A stretch of DNA of 7,176 nt from Escherichia coli (lineage in GTDB: Bacteria > Pseudomonadota > Gammaproteobacteria > Enterobacterales > Enterobacteriaceae), in assembly GCF_965641715.1 (NCBI RefSeq), contig NZ_OZ282458.1. One strand, given 5' to 3'. Position numbers and translations under genes: made by a program. Below are positions 1 to 4,675 of the stretch, in pieces. The notes under the pieces are model-generated. The model saw only the letters and a program-made list of their open reading frames with translations, ran no database searches and was not told the origin of the DNA. The first letter of the stretch is position 1. Each line of letters begins with the position of its first letter.

Positions 1-285
1 TTACTTGAACGCTGTGAGGGTAAACAACTGGCGGTATGGATGCGGCGGGTCTGCCTGGGGGAGCCGGTTGCCCGTTCCGGGAAGCTGCCGACACTGGCAC
101 CGCCGTTACTGCGTCAGCTGGCCGCCATCGGGAATAACCTGAATCAGACGGCGAGGAAGGTGAACAGCGAGCAGTGGTCTTCCGGTGACCGGGTTCAGGT
201 GGTGGCCGCACTGATGGCCATCGAGAGAGAGTTGCGCAGCTTACGGCAGGTCGTCAGGGAACATGGAGCGCGGGATGATAGTTAA
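1..285 (+). CDS. mobC: Relaxosome accessory protein MobC/MbeC, C-terminal 94 codons plus stop. The frame is open from base 1, and the N-terminal 13 codons lie at 7138..7176 across the circular join.
   Basis: Frame 1 has no stop from nt 1 (LLERCEGKQLAVWMRRVCLGEPVARSGKLP..). It contains the MobC-family signature LAAIGNNLNQTARKVN. The TAA stop at 283-285 overlaps the mobA ATG (275) by 11 nt. The sequence closely matches my recollection of ColE1 MbeC. Confidence 0.85.
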   Translation, partial: LLERCEGKQLAVWMRRVCLGEPVARSGKLPTLAPPLLRQLAAIGNNLNQTARKVNSEQWSSGDRVQVVAALMAIERELRSLRQVVREHGARDDS

Positions 286-1828
286 GTTTCATGCCAGGGG
301 AAAAGGCGGTGGCAGTGGTCCGGTTGATTACCTGCTGGGAAGGGAGCGTAACCGGGAAGGGGCAACGGTGCTTCAGGGTGATCCGGAAGAAGTCCGGGAA
401 CTCATCGATGCCACGCCATTTGCGAAGAAATACACGTCAGGTGTTCTGTCGTTCGCGGAGAAGGAGCTGCCGCCGGGAGGACGTGAAAAGGTGATGGCGA
501 GCTTTGAGCGTGTACTGATGCCCGGTCTCGAAAAGAATCAGTACAGCATCCTGTGGGTAGAGCACCAGGACAAGGGACGGCTTGAGCTGAATTTTGTCAT
601 TCCGAACATGGAGCTACAGACCGGAAAACGCCTCCAGCCGTACTACGACCGGGCAGACAGGCCGAGAATTGATGCCTGGCAGACGCTGGTGAATCACCAT
701 TACGGGCTGCATGACCCCAACGCCCCGGAGAACCGCCGGACGCTGACCCTTCCTGATAACCTGCCGGAAACGAAACAGGCGCTTGCAGAGAGCGTCACAC
801 GCGGGATAGACGCTCTTTATCATGTCGGGGAGATAAAAGGCCGTCAGGATGTGATTCAGGCGCTCACAGAGGCAGGGCTTGAAGTGGTCAGGGTGACGCG
901 AAGCAGTATCAGCATTGCAGACCCGAACGGTGGGAAGAATATCAGGCTGAAAGGAGCATTTTATGAGCAATCTTTTACAGACGGGCGCGGAGTTCGAGAA
1001 AAAGCTGAAAGAGAGAGCCGAATCTACAGAGACAATGCTGAACGACGAGTTCAGCAAGCTCGAAAAATCTGTAAGCAAGGCTGTGACATCAAACGAGACG
1101 AAAATCAAAGACGCTATAGCCCTGTTCACAGCTTCGACAGAGGAATCACTGAAAAAACACCGGGAAGGGGTGAAAGAGGCGATGATGCAGCACAGGAAGG
1201 ACGTGTTAAAGCTGGCAGGGAATACGGGCATGATGTTACTGGGGATGGTCATTTTCCTGTTTACCGTGAGTGGCGGGACGCTCTGGTATCTTGGCGGGAT
1301 GATACAGGCGAACCTGGAAGAAATCAGGATACAGGAAGAAACATTGCAGAAACTGAACGCGAAGACATGGGGCGTGGAGTTTGTGCAGGACGGGAGAAGG
1401 AAATTTCTGGTCATCCCGCAGGGGAAATCGGCAACGGTGATTCCCTATCAGGGGAAGGACTGGGTACAACTGACGGAGTGACACAGAGTGACGGAGCTGG
1501 AAAGACATTTGCTGAACGCCTTAGAGCAACTGCAACAGGACTATATGCAGCGGCTGAACGAATGGGAGAGCGCCTTCGTGGAATTGCAGAAAATGTTTTC
1601 GCTTACGCAACAGGACAACGCGATGCTGAACGAGCAGGTCATGCAGTTGAGTCAGCAGGTGCAGCACTTGAGCGAGCGGACAGAACGCTTGAGCCAGTTA
1701 TACAGCGAGAACAGGAGATAAGGGACGAACGGCTGATACAGGAGCGCGAACATGAGTTATCCCTGGAGCGTGAGCGCCAGCTGGAAATACAGGAACGGAC
1801 ACTGGATGGCCCTTCGCTGGGATGGTAA
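275..1828 (+). CDS. mobA: MOB(HEN)-family relaxase MobA/MbeA, 517 aa
   Basis: Starting at ATG 275 (MIVKFHARGKGGGSGPVDYLL) puts the catalytic Tyr at residue 19. It also puts the H97/E104/N106 HEN motif (WVEHQDKGRLELNFVIPN) at the positions described for ColE1 MbeA. GGAG at 265-268 lies 6 nt upstream. The ORF-track start at 263 adds 4 codons and is less likely. The C-terminal half is Arg/Glu/Gly-rich and hosts the nested mobB/mobD frames. Confidence 0.9.
   Translation: MIVKFHARGKGGGSGPVDYLLGRERNREGATVLQGDPEEVRELIDATPFAKKYTSGVLSFAEKELPPGGREKVMASFERVLMPGLEKNQYSILWVEHQDKGRLELNFVIPNMELQTGKRLQPYYDRADRPRIDAWQTLVNHHYGLHDPNAPENRRTLTLPDNLPETKQALAESVTRGIDALYHVGEIKGRQDVIQALTEAGLEVVRVTRSSISIADPNGGKNIRLKGAFYEQSFTDGRGVREKAERESRIYRDNAERRVQQARKICKQGCDIKRDENQRRYSPVHSFDRGITEKTPGRGERGDDAAQEGRVKAGREYGHDVTGDGHFPVYREWRDALVSWRDDTGEPGRNQDTGRNIAETEREDMGRGVCAGREKEISGHPAGEIGNGDSLSGEGLGTTDGVTQSDGAGKTFAERLRATATGLYAAAERMGERLRGIAENVFAYATGQRDAERAGHAVESAGAALERADRTLEPVIQREQEIRDERLIQEREHELSLERERQLEIQERTLDGPSLGW
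963..1481 (+). CDS. mobB: Mobilization protein MobB/MbeB, 172 aa, entirely nested inside mobA in another frame
   Basis: AGGAG at 952-956 lies 6 nt before ATG 963. There is one hydrophobic segment (MMLLGMVIFLFTVSGGTLWYLGGM). Size, position and sequence fit the ColE1 mbeB arrangement. Confidence 0.8.
   Translation: MSNLLQTGAEFEKKLKERAESTETMLNDEFSKLEKSVSKAVTSNETKIKDAIALFTASTEESLKKHREGVKEAMMQHRKDVLKLAGNTGMMLLGMVIFLFTVSGGTLWYLGGMIQANLEEIRIQEETLQKLNAKTWGVEFVQDGRRKFLVIPQGKSATVIPYQGKDWVQLTE
1488..1721 (+). CDS. mobD: Mobilization protein MobD/MbeD, 77 aa, nested in the mobA 3' half, same frame as mobB
   Basis: The GTG start at 1488 is 9 nt after GGAG (1475-1478) and 6 nt after the mobB stop. The protein is coiled-coil-like and Gln/Leu-rich (MTELERHLLNALEQLQQDYMQRLNEWE..), as in ColE1 MbeD. 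Confidence 0.7.
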   Translation: MTELERHLLNALEQLQQDYMQRLNEWESAFVELQKMFSLTQQDNAMLNEQVMQLSQQVQHLSERTERLSQLYSENRR

Positions 1829-2079
1829 TCAGAGACAGGCTAAAATGTTGTCAGCGCGTTTCCGGTGCATTTTTTGGGATAATGGTTGGTTCGGGGGCAC
1901 CGGGAACGCGCTTCAGTCAGACCTTGCTGAAAACACAGGAACGCGTTAAAACGCATACGGGCGCGATTCTGGTGTGTCTTTTGTTGCTGTGTTTTGCCTC
2001 TATTGCCAGATCGCGCTCATTCCCCTGAACTTCTGTTTTCCCGCTCCGGTCCCCGTCTTCTTCGCTTCCGAAAGCATGA

Positions 2080-2275
2080 AAAAAATCCGTTTCAGCAGTC
2101 TCTGGCTGGCAATTCCTGCGTGATTCACATGGCTGCATAGCTATGCATGTGGTTAAAATTTACCGGGTGCGATCGCGGCAGTTTTTCGGGTGGTTTGTTG
2201 CCATTTTTACCTGTCTGCTGCCGTGATCGCACCGAACGCGTTTCTGCGGTGCGGGCAACGGATGTTATGGTAAAT
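2080..2275 (+). other. cer: cer-type multimer-resolution site: accessory (ArgR/PepA) sequences plus XerC/XerD core
   Basis: Bases 2133-2247 align almost base for base with my recollection of ColE1 cer (..tgcatagNtatNcatNNggttaaaattta..gcgatcgcggcagtttttcgggtggtttgttgccatttttacctgtctgctgccgtgatcgc..gaacgcgttt..). The ARG-box-like palindrome ctgcatagctatgcatgt at 2133-2150 lies about 115 bp upstream of the crossover core. The left boundary is approximate. In ColE1 this region also holds the Pcer/Rcd promoter, which I have not mapped here. Confidence 0.85.
2248..2275 (+). other. Xer crossover core: XerC arm GGTGCGGGCAA, 6-bp central region CGGATG, XerD arm TTATGGTAAAT
   Basis: The XerD arm is identical to the ColE1 cer arm. 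The XerC arm differs at 2 positions from GGTGCGTACAA. The central region is 6 bp, against 8 bp (TTAAGGGA) in ColE1 cer. Confidence 0.8.
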
Positions 2276-2300
2276 ACAATATGCAGCCAGTCTTAGAGAC

Positions 2301-2329
2301 GAAAAGTCCGCCCAGAAGACTGACTTTTC
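2301..2329 (-). terminator. Hairpin 4 nt downstream of the 68-aa gene stop; possible terminator of the small-gene operon
   Basis: gaaaagtc (2301-2308) pairs with gacttttc (2322-2329), giving an 8-bp perfect stem and a 13-nt loop. The U-run lies inside the 3' arm rather than trailing it. A competing 7-bp stem exists (2288-2294 with 2317-2323). Confidence 0.3.
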
Positions 2330-2332
2330 AGA

Positions 2333-2539
2333 TCAACCTTCAGCATCTAACTTGTCTATCGCTTTTTTATTGCGCCGATAGGTAGCCATTAGTTCACCAT
2401 CGCCTGATTGTAAGTCACGACCTGCTTGCTCAGCATAGGTATCGTTTACAGTCTTAGCGCCTTTTTTATAGGCCTTTTTAACATCATCAAATCCGGCTTG
2501 GATGACTTCTTTCGGCTTTTCTTGAGGTAATTTAGCCAT
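2333..2539 (-). CDS. Hypothetical small protein, 68 aa, Lys/Ala/Asp-rich, predicted helical, no recognisable family
   Basis: The ATG at 2539 overlaps the stop of the upstream 127-aa gene by 8 nt (ATGGCTAA), which indicates translational coupling. No signal peptide, TM segment or HTH is obvious. Confidence 0.55.
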   Translation of the reverse strand: MAKLPQEKPKEVIQAGFDDVKKAYKKGAKTVNDTYAEQAGRDLQSGDGELMATYRRNKKAIDKLDAEG

Positions 2540-2915
2540 GCTGTGAATCCTCTATAAGGTTGATTATTTTTCCAACAGATAAGACGGCATCTTCTGTGTC
2601 GCTGATTTTATGATTTATCCAACCGTCCTCTATCTTTAATTTGTTCACTACTCCTAATGTAAAAACAACCTTTTTTTCAGGAAAGAAAATTGCAAAGGTT
2701 CTACTTTTCTCTTTCCAATCAGAGGGCGGCGTCGAACGGAACGCTACATTCCTCGATTTAAGTATCGCTTTGATTTTACTAATTAATTCTTTTTTTTGTT
2801 TATTGCTGAGATTTTTGACGAACCCTTTGCTGAGATTGTCTGTGTAATCATCAAAAGAAATATCAACTGGTTTGTTTTTTTGTTTTTTATCAGATAGATG
2901 AACAATGTTTGACAC
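2532..2915 (-). CDS. Hypothetical protein, 127 aa, Lys-rich N-terminal half, no recognisable family
   Basis: The GTG start at 2915 has AGGA 6 nt upstream (complement of about 2922-2925). The gene is very AT-rich, yet its ORF is the only long one in the interval. It is followed by the overlapping 68-aa gene. Confidence 0.55.
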   Translation of the reverse strand: MSNIVHLSDKKQKNKPVDISFDDYTDNLSKGFVKNLSNKQKKELISKIKAILKSRNVAFRSTPPSDWKEKSRTFAIFFPEKKVVFTLGVVNKLKIEDGWINHKISDTEDAVLSVGKIINLIEDSQHG

Positions 2916-3054
2916 TGGATATCCTGCTTTTTGATGAATGAATACTCAGAAGAGTAGCGGAACTGTCTTGTTAGTCACAGAGGTAGAGTATCAATTCTAC
3001 GATAGATGGGTTCGAAGATCCGGCTGAGACCGTTCAGTACGCGGTCGAGATGTT

Positions 3055-3059
3055 ATGTT
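3055..3059. repeat. Left copy of the 5-bp target-site duplication ATGTT
   Basis: Identical pentamers directly abut both outer ends of the element (3055-3059 and 3269-3273). A 5-bp duplication is the Tn3-family hallmark. Confidence 0.85.
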
Positions 3060-3097
3060 GGGGTCTGAAGTCCAATGGAACGAAAACGTACGTTAGT
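3060..3097 (+). repeat. Left 38-bp terminal inverted repeat
   Basis: ggggtctgaagtccaatggaacgaaaacgtacgttagt matches about 33/38 against my recollection of the gamma-delta (Tn1000) IR GGGGTTTGAGGGCCAATGGAACGAAAACGTACGTTAAG. It matches about 30/38 against the Tn3 IR. Confidence 0.85.
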
Positions 3098-3140
3098 GAA
3101 GTAACTGTATGATATATCAAGACATAATAGACATAGAAAA

Positions 3141-3164
3141 ACGCCATCAAAACGGTGTCTTTTT
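3141..3164 (+). terminator. Weak terminator-like hairpin plus T-run inside the miniature element
   Basis: acgcc (3141-3145) pairs with ggtgt (3154-3158) including one G-U pair, followed by cttttt. On the minus strand the same stem has an A-C mismatch followed by ttttt. The stem is only 5 bp, so it is marginal on either strand. Confidence 0.25.
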
Positions 3165-3230
3165 AATCGAAAATTGGCACTTAACGGACGGCATTGTCTA
3201 CTAATCGATTTTTAAGACGATAATTTTCCT

Positions 3231-3268
3231 CTTACCGTACATTTTCGTACGGTTGGCCCTCAAACCCC
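3231..3268 (-). repeat. Right 38-bp terminal inverted repeat
   Basis: The reverse complement ggggtttgagggccaaccgtacgaaaatgtacggtaag matches about 33/38 against the recalled gamma-delta IR and 28/38 against the left IR of this element. Confidence 0.85.
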
Positions 3269-3273
3269 ATGTT
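3269..3273. repeat. Right copy of the 5-bp target-site duplication ATGTT
   Basis: See the left copy at 3055-3059. Confidence 0.85.
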
Positions 3274-3519
3274 CAATGTAATGACCGTCGAAATTGCCTT
3301 TACGGGCATGAAGCAACCAGGAGCAATCATTGGCAAAGGTAACTAGAGTTCAATGCATGGTAATCATTTTTGAGCTTGTGATGCATAGAGTTGGTTGCTG
3401 TTCCATTGCGTCTCAAACTCCGTCAAGATGCTCGCCGTAAAAGCGAGCATGTCTAGTATGCCTGTTCCGCTACTGATTTTTGATGGGCGAATTCAGGGCT
3501 GGCTAGCCACCAAGAAAAA

Positions 3520-4581
3520 TTACTTTATTTCATCAAACAGGTGAGATGCAGTATAATAAACGCTTTGATCAAAGCGTCTCTCTGGGCTTAATTTATTTTG
3601 CCCGCCATTTAAAATTATTTCTTTTAATACTGATGGTGGAAGGATGGGTTTTGTTCTTCTTGGGTGATCCATATAAGCTTTTGTTATTTTTCCGTTTAGC
3701 GAGAACTCTTTATCACTTTGATATCCAAAGTTCATCTCAGTATAAATTCTATTGATGTTTGTCTTGTTTTTGCTCGCAATTTCATACACCATTCTGGCGA
3801 GTCTGGCTGATGATCTCATTAGTCTGCTGGCAGATGAATTGTTATATGAGGATCTATCAATAAAGGTTCGACACAAAGCAAAATCACTCCAGATGAATAT
3901 GTCAAAGGCATTTTGATCTAATATTGGGCTCTTGCCTTTTGTTTTCCATAATGGTTGCATTAAAAAAGGTTTCTGGTAATCAAGAAAATTTTCTTGGAAA
4001 GTGTTTAGGCAATTTAATATATTTTCTTTCTTTGAAAGAACTTCAGTTTCATTCCCCCAGTGCTGTATGCTTTCGCATGTGGATTCAAATATTTTTCTTA
4101 TTTCATGGAATTTATCGCTGCAAGAGTGCATTATGCCAAGGGCACAATAAGAAGTGCTTGCAGGTCTTATTACAATCTCTGAACTCCATTCGCTCTCGTT
4201 TTCTTTATATGTCGTGCTATCTGGGAGTACGGTTAATTTTATTTCTAGTGCTTTTAAAAAACTATTGTTTCCTTTTATAACTAGATCTATTCCTTTTATG
4301 TCATCATAAGCATACTGTTGGTATGGTTCATATTTTTTCTCAAATTGAAATTCAAGATCACTATTTTTTAATGTTGTGTTAAAAACGAAGTCAAAAGATA
4401 CTTCTTTGGCATGCACTTTTAAATCCTTATCTAAATAAAGATAAATCGGATTCATTTTGTTGTCTCTCATATAACATGCTAGAGAGGTGGGAAAAGAACT
4501 GTTAAATTGGTTCTTTCCCCACAGATCGCTCTCTTTCCTGTTGGTGTTTTTTAAACCATAAAGAGATTCTATTTTGCTCAC
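3520..4581 (-). CDS. Candidate Type II restriction endonuclease, 353 aa, PD-(D/E)xK fold; specificity unknown
   Basis: It is divergent from, and 87 bp away from, a C5 methyltransferase gene. A candidate catalytic motif is GID(99)LV..x13..ALE(113)IK(115)LT. The GTG start at 4581 follows a strong SD AGGAG (complement of 4588-4592) with a 6-nt spacer. Base composition is AT-rich, as for the methylase. Confidence 0.7.
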   Translation of the reverse strand: MSKIESLYGLKNTNRKESDLWGKNQFNSSFPTSLACYMRDNKMNPIYLYLDKDLKVHAKEVSFDFVFNTTLKNSDLEFQFEKKYEPYQQYAYDDIKGIDLVIKGNNSFLKALEIKLTVLPDSTTYKENESEWSSEIVIRPASTSYCALGIMHSCSDKFHEIRKIFESTCESIQHWGNETEVLSKKENILNCLNTFQENFLDYQKPFLMQPLWKTKGKSPILDQNAFDIFIWSDFALCRTFIDRSSYNNSSASRLMRSSARLARMVYEIASKNKTNINRIYTEMNFGYQSDKEFSLNGKITKAYMDHPRRTKPILPPSVLKEIILNGGQNKLSPERRFDQSVYYTASHLFDEIK

Positions 4582-4592
4582 TTTTTGCTCCT

Positions 4593-4612
4593 GACGTCAA
4601 TTTATTGACGTC
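4593..4612. promoter_or_regulatory. Perfect palindromic operator candidate GACGTCAAT-tt-ATTGACGTC in the R/M divergent intergenic region
   Basis: It has 9-bp perfect inverted arms (4593-4601 and 4604-4612) with a 2-bp centre. It overlaps the -35 of the methylase promoter and abuts the endonuclease SD. It contains two GACGTC hexamers. Confidence 0.6.
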
Positions 4613-4633
4613 TATGGTGTGTTTCTATATCAT
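4605..4633 (+). promoter_or_regulatory. Sigma70-type promoter candidate for the methyltransferase gene
   Basis: -35 TTGACG (4605-4610, 5/6), a 17-bp spacer, then -10 TATCAT (4628-4633, 5/6). The predicted start is near 4640, about 29 nt before ATG 4669. Confidence 0.5.
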
Positions 4634-4646
4634 GATGTGGAGTGAT

Positions 4647-4675
4647 ATGATAATGAGTTTTTTATGTTATGAGAA
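4647..4675 (-). promoter_or_regulatory. Weaker sigma70-type promoter candidate for the endonuclease gene, facing the methylase promoter
   Basis: On the minus strand: -35 TTCTCA (complement of 4670-4675, 4/6), a 17-bp spacer, then -10 TATCAT (complement of 4647-4652, 5/6). The predicted start near 4640 would place the palindrome in the 5' leader of the R mRNA. Confidence 0.3.

Larger units (their letters stand above)
3060..3268. mobile_element. 209-bp non-autonomous Tn3/gamma-delta-family miniature element (IS101-like, TIME-type), no ORF
   Basis: It is bounded by inverted 38-bp ends beginning GGGG, flanked by the ATGTT duplication. The 209-bp length equals the published size of IS101 from pSC101. 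No transposase or resolvase gene is present anywhere in the window. Confidence 0.85.

Noticed and set aside
291-494. A 67-aa alternative-frame ORF inside the mobA 5' region
   Set aside because: It overlaps the conserved relaxase catalytic domain. The product is Arg-rich nonsense-like sequence, and ColE1 has no known counterpart.
614-1414. A 266-aa ORF antisense to mobA
   Set aside because: The product is Ser/Phe/Cys-rich and of low complexity, with no SD or promoter. It lies fully opposite a well-supported relaxase gene that already hosts nested sense-frame genes. This is a typical antisense artefact of a purine-rich coding strand.
1236-1508. A 90-aa minus-strand ORF opposite mobA/mobB
   Set aside because: It is antisense to three overlapping supported genes and has no translation signals.
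1917-2138. A 73-aa minus-strand ORF running into the cer accessory region
   Set aside because: It overlaps the cer accessory sequences and ARG box. It has no SD and its composition is unlike neighbouring genes.
2641-2847. A 68-aa plus-strand ORF antisense to the 127-aa gene
   Set aside because: It is shorter than, and fully contained in, the opposite-strand ORF, which has an SD and a coupled downstream gene. The product is Phe/Leu-rich, as is typical of AT-rich antisense frames.
3009-3025. gggttcgaagatcc, reminiscent of a tRNA T-arm (GGTTCGAA)
   Set aside because: There is no complementary stem flanking the loop, and no acceptor, D or anticodon arms could be built on either strand.
3428-3450. 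A hairpin considered as a group II intron domain V or a Rho-independent terminator
   Set aside because: It lacks the AGC triad, the bulge geometry and the 34-nt architecture of domain V. There is no GUGYG 5' end and no RT gene. There is also no U-tract on either strand for an intrinsic terminator. It is kept only as an unexplained hairpin in the spacer finding.
2953-3474. An 11-nt inverted repeat, agtagcggaac (2953-2963) with gttccgctact (3464-3474), bracketing the spacer, plus a 9-nt direct repeat tttttgatg (2928-2936 and 3477-3485)
   Set aside because: Repeats of this length are expected by chance several times in a 7-kb window when all pairs are considered. There are no extended flanking matches and no recombinase gene to suggest an invertible segment.
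3546-4280. Plus-strand ORFs 3546..3755 and 3924..4280, antisense to the endonuclease gene
   Set aside because: Both sit inside the 353-aa ORF, which has a strong SD and a PD-(D/E)xK motif. Their products are Leu/Phe-rich, low-complexity sequences.
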